A stretch of DNA of 64,000 nt from Candidatus Borrarchaeum weybense (GCA_019057385.1 JAHQJS010000007.1:320001-384000), one strand, 5' to 3'. Shown: positions 40,484 through 51,300, counted from the stretch's first letter. The notes: a model not told the origin generated them from the sequence alone. Translations and numbers: made by a program.

Positions 40484-41419
40484 ATGGTTGAACTGGAAGA
40501 ACTACCAGGTGTAGGCCCAGCAACAGCTGTAAAATTGAAAGAAGCAGGATACGCGTCTCTTGAAACATTAGCCGTAGCTTCACCCAAAGAACTATCAACT
40601 GCTGTCGATATTGGTGAAACTACTGCTCAAAAAATAATTCAAGCGGCACGTGAGCAATTAGAAATAGGATATTCCACAGCTCTAGAATTCTATGATACAC
40701 GTAAGGCTGTTGGGCGTATAACCACAGGTAGTCAACAATTAGATGCAGTACTAGGTGGTGGTGTAGAAACCAATGCCATTACTGAATTTTATGGGCCTTT
40801 CCGATCAGGTAAGACGCAACTTTGCCACGAATTATGTATAAAGGTACAACTTCCTCCAGAAAATGGAGGATTAAGTGGTGCAGCCTTATATGTTGATACT
40901 GAAGGTACTTTTCGTCCTGAACGTATTGTTCAAATGATGGAAAAGGAAGATCTTGAAATTGATTCAACCTTACAGAATGTAGTCTATGCAAGAGCCTACA
41001 ATAGTGATCATCAGATTTTACTTGTTGAGGAATCAGCAGCTATAATTAAGGAAAAGAATATTAAATTATTTATTGTGGATGCACTGACTAGTTATTTCAG
41101 GAGCGAATATACTGGTCGTGGAACACTTGCAGAGCGACAACAGAAACTTAATAAACACTTACACCAACTGCTCCGTCTTGCAGAAGTGAATAACTTAGCA
41201 GTTGTGGTCACCAATCAAGTGATGTCTAGACCAGATATGTTCTTTGGCGATCCCACAGCTCCCGTTGGTGGGCATATCGTAGCCCATGCATGTACTACAC
41301 GTATTTATTTGCGTAAATCCAAAGGAGATCGACGGATTGCACGAGTAATCGATAGCCCATGCCTTCCCGAAGCTGAGGCTGTATTTACAATCCAAGAAGG
41401 CGGTATTGGAGACCCATAG
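40484..41419 (+). CDS. radA: DNA repair and recombination protein RadA
   Basis: N-terminal HhH, Walker A 'GPFRSGKTQ', '[10 protein letters not shown]', '[12 protein letters not shown]', 'TNQV', 'DSPCLPEAE'. Confidence 0.97.
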   Translation: MVELEELPGVGPATAVKLKEAGYASLETLAVASPKELSTAVDIGETTAQKIIQAAREQLEIGYSTALEFYDTRKAVGRITTGSQQLDAVLGGGVETNAITEFYGPFRSGKTQLCHELCIKVQLPPENGGLSGAALYVDTEGTFRPERIVQMMEKEDLEIDSTLQNVVYARAYNSDHQILLVEESAAIIKEKNIKLFIVDALTSYFRSEYTGRGTLAERQQKLNKHLHQLLRLAEVNNLAVVVTNQVMSRPDMFFGDPTAPVGGHIVAHACTTRIYLRKSKGDRRIARVIDSPCLPEAEAVFTIQEGGIGDP

Positions 41420-41913
41420 AACTTTTTTTCTTTTTCTTATGGCGTAGAAAGTTGTTAAATCATCTCATTCATTAGAAGTCTAGATTAGTGCCCAAAATTA
41501 AAGGCAAAATGGAAAATAGAAATGATTTCGAGTAAAATATGTGCTCTTTAACAACTTTAAAATGTTTAGATTTACCTTTATCCCAAATTGTCCATTTAGA
41601 AAAGCATCATAAAGATTTTTGTGGACATCGACTATATGAAAGAACTTTTCTAGAAATCAATCAATAAGACAAATAATTTTTTTATTTTCACCGCTAAAAT
41701 TTTACATTTTTTCCTTATAGTATCAATTTAAATACTTTATCTCCTTATATAGTAAAAAACTAATGATATTTATAGGATCTTTGGGAAAGTGCGAGAAAAT
41801 TATGAGACCTTTTTTTAGAGAGGCATTATGCGCACTAGAATAGTTGCGTCTACCCTTTAACTAATTTAGTTCTTTGATAAGTTAAAGTAGAGGCAGTTGC
41901 TAATAATGGAGGA

Positions 41914-42858
41914 TTGGTAATCATAGAAAAGTGTCAATTAAAACATGATGAAAATAAGTGTTCTGAGTTTGAATGTAGATCAATTAACCTCGTTTTTGAT
42001 GACTCCCGAGGTGAACTTATCTGTGATAAGTGTGGTCTAGTTATCGAAGAACATATAATTGATAGAGGACCTGAATGGCGAAGTTTCACAACTGAAGATC
42101 AAAAGAATAAAAGCCGCGTAGGAAGCCCTATTAATTATACTATTCACGATAAAGGATTATCTACAACACTTGGTTATGGGTACCGAGACGCCAAAGGAGG
42201 AAAAATCGCACCAGTGAGACGAGCAGAAATCTACAGATTGCGAAGGTTGCAAAGAAGAGCACGGATTACCAATTGTAGGGAACGAAATCTTGTTCAAGCA
42301 TTTAGAGAGTTAGGCCGCTTATCAAGTCAATTGGGTATTCCAAGATCTACGAAAGAAGAAGCAGCAATTATTTATAAAAAAGCGTGGGAGACTAAAATGG
42401 GAATAGGCATATCTACAGACGTTATGGTTGCTGCTACACTTTATGCCGCCTGTCGAATCAGAAAAAATCCTCTCACCTTAGATGAAGTTGCAAAAAAAGC
42501 ACGAATCAGTAAAAAAATACTTGGTCAATGGTTTCTGCGTCTTAAAAAAACGATAAATCTTTCAGTACCATTAAACACGCCTCGTGACTTTATATCACGC
42601 TTTTCTAATGAATTAAAACTCTCAGACAAAGTCGCCAGGAGAGCCATAAAAATCCTTGAGGATGCCAAAGACGAAGGTATCACAACAGGAAAAACGCCAA
42701 CTGGATTAGCTGCTGCTGCACTTTATTTTGCCGGAGAACTTGAAGATGAAAGAAGAACAAAACTAGAAATTGCAAAGGTAGCACAGGTCACAGACGTAAC
42801 CATAAGAAATAGATACAAGGATTTAGTAAAAAATCTTGAAATAGAAGTTACAGTGTAA
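41914..42858 (+). CDS. tfb: Transcription initiation factor IIB, second (more divergent) paralog
   Basis: 'CSEFEC...CDKC', 'DRGPEWRSF', 'VTDVTIRNRYKDL'; GGAGG SD. Confidence 0.93.
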   Translation: MVIIEKCQLKHDENKCSEFECRSINLVFDDSRGELICDKCGLVIEEHIIDRGPEWRSFTTEDQKNKSRVGSPINYTIHDKGLSTTLGYGYRDAKGGKIAPVRRAEIYRLRRLQRRARITNCRERNLVQAFRELGRLSSQLGIPRSTKEEAAIIYKKAWETKMGIGISTDVMVAATLYAACRIRKNPLTLDEVAKKARISKKILGQWFLRLKKTINLSVPLNTPRDFISRFSNELKLSDKVARRAIKILEDAKDEGITTGKTPTGLAAAALYFAGELEDERRTKLEIAKVAQVTDVTIRNRYKDLVKNLEIEVTV

Positions 42859-43159
42859 GTGCTTTTAAACCATTTTTATTTTATTCCATTTTCTTTTCAA
42901 TAAATTCTCCAATTTTTCTAGTTAGATTTCTAAATACTTATTCGCCCTTAAACTCAATAACTTCTTCGCAGTACTGGTTTCCCATTGGTATTGCCTTCGT
43001 GAGCTTGTATATTATCTTAAGATAAGGATATTAAAGTGTGTTATTAAACTTAAATACCAGAAATGCTATAGAATATTCGGAGATGGTGCTATGGCAACAA
43101 CCGACGTATTGACAAGGGAGGATTATAGTATATACACAATCTAAGCTTTTGAATTCTTC

Positions 43160-43174
43160 TGTACCAATGGTACA
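43160..43174. promoter_or_regulatory. Perfect 7-1-7 palindrome upstream of the ABC operon (candidate operator)
   Basis: TGTACCA-A-TGGTACA. Confidence 0.5.
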
Positions 43175-43307
43175 AAACCTTCTAGCAAAGGTTTGACAGC
43201 ATTTAAAAGTTTATTAGGAGACTTTGTTTTAGATTTTTTCATTCTACGGCATGGATGAAAATTTTAAAAGAATAAAAAATTTCAAAGAATTCAAATGGTG
43301 TTTAATA

Positions 43308-44012
43308 ATGAAGAAGAACACAATTATATTAGGTCTCATTTTTCTTCTTATTATTCTCATTTGTACACCAAATATAACGAGCGCAAAACCTGCGGAAAGA
43401 AAAGATTGGCACGAATTTGAGGATGAGGATGAGAATGTAGAATTAGTGATTATTACATATTTCACCTCCGATACCTTGAAAGAAACTGAAAGGTCAAATC
43501 TTCTTATCGAGGCAAAGATAAAATTCAAATCATCCAATATTGTTAATATAACGATAGCTGCACCTTATAGCATTATAGAACATCCCACTCGTAATGAAAC
43601 GAGATATGAGTCAGTATTTTATGCCGATCCAGAAGATTCTGTAAGAATATCAAGTTTGTTTAAGGAATTATGCTTATTATATAGTCCTAAAGAGCAAGAG
43701 GCGAATATTATGGGGAGTGTATGGTGCAGGCAGGGTACTTATGAATCGAAGATTAACTTTAATTACGAACTTTTTGTTATCATCAATTATGATGATGACA
43801 CGACCGCGAACCACACTATTTCTAATCAGGCACCGTTGACATTAGAGGTTTTTGGAGGAGGTGGAGGTTTTGCAGGGGTTGCTGATGAAGTGTGGACGTC
43901 TCTTCTCATTACGTTTGCTTTAACTATTGGACTTTCCATTGCTATCGTTATTATTAATAAGAAACGATCGAAACGTAAACGGGGACTAAAAAGGAAAGGA
44001 GAAATGGAATAA
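43308..44012 (+). CDS. Secreted protein with C-terminal membrane anchor
   Basis: Signal peptide 'MKKNTIILGLIFLLIILIC', C-terminal TM helix followed by a basic tail. Confidence 0.7.
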   Translation: MKKNTIILGLIFLLIILICTPNITSAKPAERKDWHEFEDEDENVELVIITYFTSDTLKETERSNLLIEAKIKFKSSNIVNITIAAPYSIIEHPTRNETRYESVFYADPEDSVRISSLFKELCLLYSPKEQEANIMGSVWCRQGTYESKINFNYELFVIINYDDDTTANHTISNQAPLTLEVFGGGGGFAGVADEVWTSLLITFALTIGLSIAIVIINKKRSKRKRGLKRKGEME

Positions 44013-44013
44013 A

Positions 44014-44757
44014 GTGCAGAAGTTAAGAGGTATGATACTATCATTTTTATTGATTTTATTTATTTTCTCGATCGTGACTTCACCCTCCATTCAATCAAAT
44101 GGTCAAGACACATTCCCTCAAAATGAATTTGTGCTTGGATTCAGGCAATCTGCATTCACTGAAGTCTTTGGAAATGGGACTTTTTATGATACTGAAATAA
44201 ACCCAGTTGAGTTTTATGTCTGGTTTGAAAGTAAAGATGTAGATGGCAACAAAATAACGGTTGCAGATACTTACAAACCTGAAGAATGGCAGAGAATCAG
44301 AACATATGAAGTCGATTTATACTCGCGCCGAGGAGATGTGCAAGATCAGCAGGGTATTATGTGGTGGATAAATGTGGCTGATTTTTCCAGTGGATCGCGA
44401 ATTAAAATTGGCAGAGAGACTCTTCAAGCAATTGGTGAAGACACATACTTTGCATTAGGAGCTGTGCGTGAATGCTATATTTTTCAACGAAAAATACAGT
44501 CGATTGATGGAGAAAATAAAACTATTGAAACAAGATATGATCTGGAAAGTGGTGTACTTTTCGAATATCGATGGCGAAATGATACTTACGCCACCATAAT
44601 ATCGCTTACATTAGCTAAAAACGTAGATATGAGTATTCACATGTCTTACTACTTTCCTATCTTCATTCCTCTCGCAATAATCCCTCCTCTACTAGCTTAT
44701 TTCGTATCGAGACCTAAAATAACGAAGAAGAAAAAGATGATCAAAGAAGGACGGTAG
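44014..44757 (+). CDS. Secreted protein with C-terminal membrane anchor
   Basis: N-terminal hydrophobic segment, beta-rich body ('YDLESGVLFEY'), C-terminal TM plus basic tail. Confidence 0.7.
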   Translation: MQKLRGMILSFLLILFIFSIVTSPSIQSNGQDTFPQNEFVLGFRQSAFTEVFGNGTFYDTEINPVEFYVWFESKDVDGNKITVADTYKPEEWQRIRTYEVDLYSRRGDVQDQQGIMWWINVADFSSGSRIKIGRETLQAIGEDTYFALGAVRECYIFQRKIQSIDGENKTIETRYDLESGVLFEYRWRNDTYATIISLTLAKNVDMSIHMSYYFPIFIPLAIIPPLLAYFVSRPKITKKKKMIKEGR

Positions 44758-44760
44758 CTA

Positions 44761-45738
44761 ATGGAATTTGCAATTAAGGTAAGAAATCTAGAAAAGTTCT
44801 ATGGAAACTTTCAGGCTGTAAAAGGAATAGATTTTGACGTTCCATGTGGATCATGTTTTGGATTTCTTGGTCCTAATGGGGCTGGAAAAACAACTACGCT
44901 TATGATTCTCGTAAACCTCCTGAAAGCATCAAAGGGCACTGCAGAACTTCTCGGTTTTGATAGCAGAAGTATTGAAGCACGCGAAAAAATCGGCTATCTT
45001 CCTGAACGACTCGGTCTTAATGATACTTGGACTTTATTTGATTTTTTGATATTCATTGGCGCACTATACGGACTCTCAAGAAAAACTTCCAAAGACAACG
45101 CCTTAGAGTTACTTGATTGGGTCGGTTTAGCAGGTTGGGAATATAACAAGATTGGTAGTCTATCTGGGGGAATGAGACAACGCCTAGGTTTAGCGCAAGC
45201 CCTTCTTAATGACCCTGAATTGCTTATTCTCGACGAACCTACTGCTAACCTTGACGCAATTGGCCGTGCAGAGATTTTAGATAAAATAAAACTTATGGTT
45301 GAACGTGAAAAGAAAACCGTCTTGATATCGTCCCACATTCTTTCTGAAGTCGAAAAAGTTGCAGACAATATTGCCATTATTAACAAAGGTAAAATCGTGA
45401 CTCAAGGTCAATTAAGTGCACTTCAAAATGAGAAAATGGCAACGTTTGAAGTAAAGGTAAGTGATCCTTATGCGTTAAAAGAGGAAATGGAAAAACTCGA
45501 TTTTATTTTATCTGCAGATATCAACGAGAGAAATCAATTGATTGTTGAATGCAACGACAAAGAAAGACTAAGTAAGGCACTTGTTAGAGTCATTGTCGAA
45601 CGCGATTTGGCCCTATATCAATTTAGTCCTATTAGGGAATCACTTGAGTCTCTTTTCATGAGACTTGTCCGGGAAATCGAAGTATCGCCAAGCCAAATTC
45701 AAGAAATAAATCCTTCATCGATCAAATACAAAGGGTGA
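44761..45738 (+). CDS. ABC transporter ATP-binding protein (ABC-2 exporter type)
   Basis: 'GPNGAGKTT', 'LSGGMRQR', 'ILDEPT', 'SSH'. Confidence 0.95.
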   Translation: MEFAIKVRNLEKFYGNFQAVKGIDFDVPCGSCFGFLGPNGAGKTTTLMILVNLLKASKGTAELLGFDSRSIEAREKIGYLPERLGLNDTWTLFDFLIFIGALYGLSRKTSKDNALELLDWVGLAGWEYNKIGSLSGGMRQRLGLAQALLNDPELLILDEPTANLDAIGRAEILDKIKLMVEREKKTVLISSHILSEVEKVADNIAIINKGKIVTQGQLSALQNEKMATFEVKVSDPYALKEEMEKLDFILSADINERNQLIVECNDKERLSKALVRVIVERDLALYQFSPIRESLESLFMRLVREIEVSPSQIQEINPSSIKYKG

Positions 45739-46628
45739 TTTTTGCAATGAAAAGGATAAGGATTAAAACCATTTTGCGATTAGCCTTTGAGGAGATTTTA
45801 TTAGCGTTCCGAAGTAAAAAATTCTTAATCTTTGTCGCTGTAATGATTGCCCCTGTAATTGTAATTGCTTTAGTATTTGGAATTGCACTTGTTCCTGAAC
45901 AGATTAGGAATGGCGAGATAATTCTTTTCATACAAGGTGAAGAACTCGGAAGAGAACAAATACTAGAAAGCATGATTGATTCCTTGAAAGAGTTTGGAAA
46001 TTTCGCACGATTTTTCTGGGTAGGATTGCCAATTATCGCGATCACTTCAATTTTAACTAGTGAGTATATCGCTGGAGAATATTCACAAAGGACTCTACAC
46101 ACCTTCGTTTCTAAGCCTATATATCGATCCGAATTCGTTCTAATGAAGTTCTTATCCTTTGTAGTAGTTTCCTTTGTGTTGTTTTCTTTTGTATACTGCA
46201 GTATCCTTTTGTGCACTAGTATTGTTCCCGCACACTTCGGATTGCTTTCCGATTGGGTAGCGAGCGAGGAAATATGGAATACTTCTTTTGCGTGGATTTG
46301 GATCTCTGAGTTGTTTATATTAGCAATCGCTTCAATGTCCTTGCTTTTTTCCTCAATAACTAAAAGAGCAATTTTAGCAGGCATCTTGCCGATCTTTTTC
46401 TTTTTTGGAATGAATCTGGTTACCTCCATTTTTGGATTCTATGAGTATGCCTACTATGATGTCTTGTACAGCACGGGTATCATTTGGACAGTTGAAGTTT
46501 TTGGCGAAAACGCTCTTGAGGGAACTGTGCACATAGATCCAACAATAGGCGTTGTGACTCTAGTTTTATTCATAATACTACCCTTACTGTTCAGTATAAT
46601 TATTCTTGAGAGAAAGGATTTGGAATGA
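45735..46628 (+). CDS. ABC-2 type permease
   Basis: About six TM segments; 'IAGEYSQRTLHTFVSKPIYRSEFVLMKF'; C-terminal 'ERKDL'. Confidence 0.9.
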   Translation: MIFAMKRIRIKTILRLAFEEILLAFRSKKFLIFVAVMIAPVIVIALVFGIALVPEQIRNGEIILFIQGEELGREQILESMIDSLKEFGNFARFFWVGLPIIAITSILTSEYIAGEYSQRTLHTFVSKPIYRSEFVLMKFLSFVVVSFVLFSFVYCSILLCTSIVPAHFGLLSDWVASEEIWNTSFAWIWISELFILAIASMSLLFSSITKRAILAGILPIFFFFGMNLVTSIFGFYEYAYYDVLYSTGIIWTVEVFGENALEGTVHIDPTIGVVTLVLFIILPLLFSIIILERKDLE

Positions 46629-46702
46629 CTGATTTTCATAATTTGTCCAAAGAAAAAGGTCAGCAAAATATATATGTAAAAAAAGTGTATACGTGGATTT
46701 AT

Positions 46703-47035
46703 AACCAATTCGCAAGAAGACCCCCCAACGTGTTAGGGGGATGAATTGCGTTTTTTACTTGTTTCACTTTCACACAGCTCTGCCTAACACTTAAATAGCA
46801 GTTAACTACTATCTCAGTGTGCAGTATGCCGAGGTGTCTGGCTTGGCGTTGGGAGCGTACACAAGACACAGTACCGATGAGGGTACTGTCGGACCTCAAG
46901 TGTCCCTTGAGGGACGGGGGCTGCCGTGGACCAGCCCGAACTGTCGATGACTAGGCTTCATGTGACCAACCGTGTTGGCTAAGCAGAACAGTCTAGGAGG
47001 GCAGAAGCCACCTAACTTGTTGGGTAGTAGTTCAC
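46703..47035 (+). mobile_element. Non-autonomous IS200/IS605 element carrying a TnpB-type omegaRNA scaffold, no ORF
   Basis: TTAT target; left hairpin AAGA-CCCCC..GGGGG-ATGAAT; internal TATA CTTAAATA at 46790; GC-rich hairpins; right end GAAGCC..GTAGTTCAC. Confidence 0.8.
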
Positions 47036-47053
47036 CCTGAATCATTATAGATC

Positions 47054-47450
47054 GTGATTCTTAGTTCGAGATTCTTGGTTCTACAACCTCCAAATAATCA
47101 GAACCCACTTTTTATCTGTGCTTGTTGTGGATGTTGTAGTAAAGTTTTATTCAATATGAAGAAATTTCCTCGCCAAAATGAAGTTTATACATCAAACTAT
47201 TTTGCGGTAGTTGACCCCGAAGAATGTGCAGGTTGTGAAACATGGATAGATCGTTGCCAGATGGAAGCGTTATCCATGGTAGATGAGGTGTCAAAAGTAG
47301 ACTTGGACAGATGTATTGGTTGTGGTCTTTGTGTGACCACTTGCCCCTCAGACGCTATCCAACTCCAGAAAAGAGAAAAGGAAATAGTACCTCGAAGGAT
47401 ACGGCCGACCTTTATCAACAGATCATGATGAAAAAAATGGGAATGGCATA
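47054..47450 (+). pseudogene. Truncated and degraded 4Fe-4S dicluster protein
   Basis: 'ICACCGCC', 'CAGCETWIDRC' (Cys replaced by Trp), 'CIGCGLCVTTCP'; N-terminal part missing; apparent frameshift near 47393. Confidence 0.7.
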
Positions 47451-47813
47451 GTTTAAAACTGATTGGCAAGAAGATATTGGGTTGCGTATTAAAAAAATCA
47501 CTGGTTAGACCGTCTTGTTCAGTTTTATTTAGTTTTAATAATTTATTTTCTTTTTTCTTCTTTAAGAAGAAGGAATACGCGACGCCTTCAGGCGACCATA
47601 GTTTTGTTAGAACATATGTTCAAAGAAAGAGTTCCCTTTTCTCGATATGTCGCGACAGTCATCAAACTGTGCAGAACTCAATTCTTAGAGCACTTAAGGA
47701 TTTTGTTATAAGATCCTAAGGATGAATTTCTAAAAAACCAATTTGAAAATTTTGAAATCGGCTGCATGATTGTTTTTAAAATGGTCGGTTATTTCTATAA
47801 AAAAAGATGTGCA

Positions 47814-47864
47814 GGGATGTATAAAAGGAATGCATGGCACACAACATCCTTCTATACATAACCC
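47814..47864. other. Imperfect stem-loop just downstream of 47885..48169 (possible terminator or stability element)
   Basis: GGGATGTATAAAAGGA ... TCCTTCTATACATAACCC. Confidence 0.4.
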
Positions 47865-47884
47865 TTATTCTTAACGGGATGTCC

Positions 47885-48169
47885 TCATCCATGGCTTTTG
47901 GTACGATCTTCATCTGTTCCATGCGATTGATAATTCACTTCTGAGGAATAATGCAAAAAGGTTTTCTGTAGGTCTTCTTTTGAAAACCACCCGGATTCGT
48001 AGGCCTCCACAGCTATATGGAGTAACTCAACTTTTGAGATATTGTTTTCGTGATTGCCTTGTTCGTCAACGTTATTCCAATAAAGAGAGAAACAATCCTT
48101 AATGGTAGAAAGAGGGACTTCTCCTTGTAGGAATTTATTCAATTCGTTACATAATTCCGAATATTGCAT
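47885..48169 (-). CDS. Small hypothetical protein
   Basis: 94 aa ORF with strong purine-rich SD region (AGGAGGAAGGGAG). Confidence 0.6.
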   Translation of the reverse strand: MQYSELCNELNKFLQGEVPLSTIKDCFSLYWNNVDEQGNHENNISKVELLHIAVEAYESGWFSKEDLQKTFLHYSSEVNYQSHGTDEDRTKSHG

Positions 48170-49176
48170 GCCGTTCTCCCTTCCTCCTGTGTTTCCAGTC
48201 TACGAATGTGTAGACCACGATCTAGTGCCCCAACTTCGAGTGCGAATAGCAACGCTTTACCTGTCGACCATTACAACTGCTACCACAAAAAAGTCTTGAA
48301 AGTATGATAGGTCTTCTTTGAAAGAGTGTCTTAGCTTCAGAGATTCTGTTTCGTCGTATGAACGATGTATTTACTTATTTATGTAATAGAACACGCTTGT
48401 CGGTGTCTTAAATAGTTTGTAGAAAAATTCTACGCATGTTCTAAGATCGTAAAAGAATAGCAGTCTGAACCTATCACGTGCGGAATAATTCCGGGGAGAA
48501 GTCTATTTATTATAACTAACATACTCCTATAGGAGTAAATTCAGTATCGTTTCGATATCAATCAACTAAAAATAGTGTATTCGAGCGTTAATGTGGAGTT
48601 ATAGTGACACTTCCAAGACAATTTCCAAAAAATCAATGTGAAACTTTTCAAATTGGCGGCAGCATTGTTTTCAAAATGACATCGTTCCTCCGTCGATGAC
48701 GTAGAAATTTGGTAAAGCGGTGTCTCTGGAAACTTGAAATTCACGAAAATGAAGATCTTTGTTTTTTCAGAAATATAGTAGCATTTTTTTATGAGATCGG
48801 AGAGAATATCCTCACAGAGCCGGTTTTTAGTTCCAGGTCTCGGACCATAGCTTGAGCATAAAGTTCGAGGAAATTGACGCGCACCCTTTTTGAAAAACAA
48901 GTGTCCTGGGGTTAAAGTTGTTTCTGGCAAAAAAGATATAAGAAATTTCTCTTTCATGCAATTCAAATTGCATATCTCACTATTCGTTCATCCGTTTTTG
49001 TGGTTTTGTAAAAAAAACCATGTTTTGACAAAATCCTTATCTTCCCTAAGAATTGAGATAAATTCATTTTTGTCATTTAAATTGACGATTCAAAAACTAT
49101 TTTTAACAAAATAACAATATTTCAATCACTATCCTTTCGAATGTTGAATAATATCACAAATCAAGAGTGAATTCTA

Positions 49177-49629
49177 ATGGATAAGAGAACATATATTCTC
49201 TATTTTTGTGAACAATGCGGTAAAAGTGGAATGGCAGACTTCACAAAAGAAGACGAAGAATTTGCCCTGCAAAACGGTGGATTGTTTACAAGAATACTAG
49301 ATCATGGTGATCACATCTTAGAATTAAGAGTAGATGTTCACGGTGTTGTACGGCAAGAATATATTTTTAGGAAAATCGAATTTGAAACGTCAATGGAACT
49401 TTTTCGCATAATAAAAAAGAGTGATAGTAGGCAACTATGTTTTAACGCATTAGAACGACTAATTGGATTTACCTCTGAAAATGAAGATGAATTTAATCAA
49501 GATATCTATACTGTAAAAGAAATAAAATCCAAAATCAGCATGCTCAGATCGGTTTTTGAATCATTGAAAGAAGAAGTTGATGAAGTAGAGAAATGTTTAA
49601 GTGAATTCAAGACAGAAGTTCGCGTTTGA
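49177..49629 (+). CDS. Protein with CxxC..GGL..H..H putative Zn-binding domain and C-terminal coiled coil
   Basis: 'FCEQCG...GGLFTRILDHGDH...VDVHGVVR'; heptad tail. Confidence 0.65.
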   Translation: MDKRTYILYFCEQCGKSGMADFTKEDEEFALQNGGLFTRILDHGDHILELRVDVHGVVRQEYIFRKIEFETSMELFRIIKKSDSRQLCFNALERLIGFTSENEDEFNQDIYTVKEIKSKISMLRSVFESLKEEVDEVEKCLSEFKTEVRV

Positions 49630-49877
49630 AATTTCCCTTGAACAAAATAGAGTAGAACTGTATTAGAAAACAATATTTCTTTCAGTTATTTAGCTTTATT
49701 GCAGATCAAGTGAACAATGCTAAAAAAGTGAAGAAATTCTAGATACAGCAGATAAACATGTTTTTGCGATCAATGACTCTCTAGAACTAGATTAATTATG
49801 CCAAATAGTTAATTTTATATATCAATTTAATGATTGACGTTAAACACAGTGATCCTGAAATTATTAGAGGAATGGAA

Positions 49878-51014
49878 ATGGCGTATAAGGTAGCAGTTAT
49901 TGATACATTTTATTCAAATGATTTGAGTACCCTTGAATCAGGATTAAATGAGCACAACATAGATGTTGATGTTTATCACCCGGATATAAAAGATTTTACA
50001 AAATTAGATGAATATGACGTTATTGTAATTCAGCATCTTGACTTTGGCAGAAAAGGTGCACATGAACATTTGGATCCAGATCGTTGTAAACTTGTTTTGC
50101 GAGCTGGCGTTGGTTATGATGAACTAGACCTCCCTGCATTGACAGAACTAGGAATTCCAGCGGTGAATGTTCCTGGTTATGGTCCAAATTCAGTTGGTCA
50201 ACATACCATTCAATATATTCTAGCATTAGCAGGTCATTCAAATGAGTATCACCATAGAGTTGTTACTGCGAGAGATCTCGACATAGGGAGAGAACAATCA
50301 GGAGAAGATAAATGGGTGAGTCAGAGTAGAATACCGAGTGCTCCCTTATATAAATCAGTTTTAGGAATATTAGGTTATGGGAGAATCGGCAGAAAGGTTG
50401 CAGAATTTGTTCAGCACGTTTTTAAAGAAATTGTGGCATATGATCCTTATCTCGACGAAGAAATTTTTCAGAAAGGTAAGGTAAGAAGAGTAGATCTTGA
50501 TGAATTACTTGAAACTGCTGATTTTATTTCTGTACACGTTCCATTATTTGAAAAACGTGAACGAGTCTATTTGGGATTCGAAAAAAACTATCAGCGTACT
50601 GAAATGTTTTATGAATCAACAGTAGGTTTAATCGACGAAGAACAAATTTCAAAAATGAAGGATGGTGCCTTCCTAATTAACACAGCCAGAGGACCGGTTG
50701 TTAACGAATCTGCGGTTATTAAAGCCTTAGAGAACGGAAAACTTGGTGGTGTAGCATTGGATGTTTTTGAAGAAGAACCTTTAGCAAGAAACCATTCACT
50801 AAGAAAAATGGCTGCGACTTCTCTACCTGCAGGACATCCTTTGAGAAAGACAGGGCAAGAAAAATACAATATAATTTTAACATGCCACAGTGCTTATCTT
50901 CTTAGAGGCACCTTTAATACAGTATTGGAATTATCTGTAGAGGAAATAGTGCGTGTCCTTATTGATAAACAGTTACCGCATAATTTATTGAACCCAGAAG
51001 TACTGCAAAACTAG
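49878..51014 (+). CDS. D-isomer-specific 2-hydroxyacid dehydrogenase
   Basis: 'RAGVGYD', 'GYGRIG', 'HVPL', 'INTARG', 'LDVFEEEP', 'HSA'. Confidence 0.92.
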   Translation: MAYKVAVIDTFYSNDLSTLESGLNEHNIDVDVYHPDIKDFTKLDEYDVIVIQHLDFGRKGAHEHLDPDRCKLVLRAGVGYDELDLPALTELGIPAVNVPGYGPNSVGQHTIQYILALAGHSNEYHHRVVTARDLDIGREQSGEDKWVSQSRIPSAPLYKSVLGILGYGRIGRKVAEFVQHVFKEIVAYDPYLDEEIFQKGKVRRVDLDELLETADFISVHVPLFEKRERVYLGFEKNYQRTEMFYESTVGLIDEEQISKMKDGAFLINTARGPVVNESAVIKALENGKLGGVALDVFEEEPLARNHSLRKMAATSLPAGHPLRKTGQEKYNIILTCHSAYLLRGTFNTVLELSVEEIVRVLIDKQLPHNLLNPEVLQN

Positions 51015-51228
51015 TAATTTTGCCTTTACAGATCGAAAGGATAGAATAAAAACAACTAATTAAGACTGAATAAGTTTTTACACTGAATACAAGCATTTAC
51101 ATAACAATTTTCAGGAAACATACTTGAGCTTAGGTTTAAATTACAGCTCCTAATGATAAGATGAAATTTTCCACAAGAATAATAATTAAATAGGTAGAAA
51201 TACAAGAGTAAGGTAAGGAGGCTCATAA

Positions 51229-51300
51229 ATGTCAGATCTTAAGAAGAAAATTAGAGGAAAAAAGGGCAAAGACATTCTTGGTAAGCTTAAGAAAAAGTAA
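51229..51300 (+). CDS. 23-aa lysine-rich micro-ORF (MSDLKKKIRGKKGKDILGKLKKK)
   Basis: GGAGG SD 7 nt upstream, TATA-like TTAAATA at ~51186, T-rich tract downstream. Confidence 0.55.
   Translation: MSDLKKKIRGKKGKDILGKLKKK

Noticed and set aside
48562-49114. ORFs 48562..48966 and 48890..49114
   Set aside because: Atypical composition, mutually overlapping, no recognisable motifs
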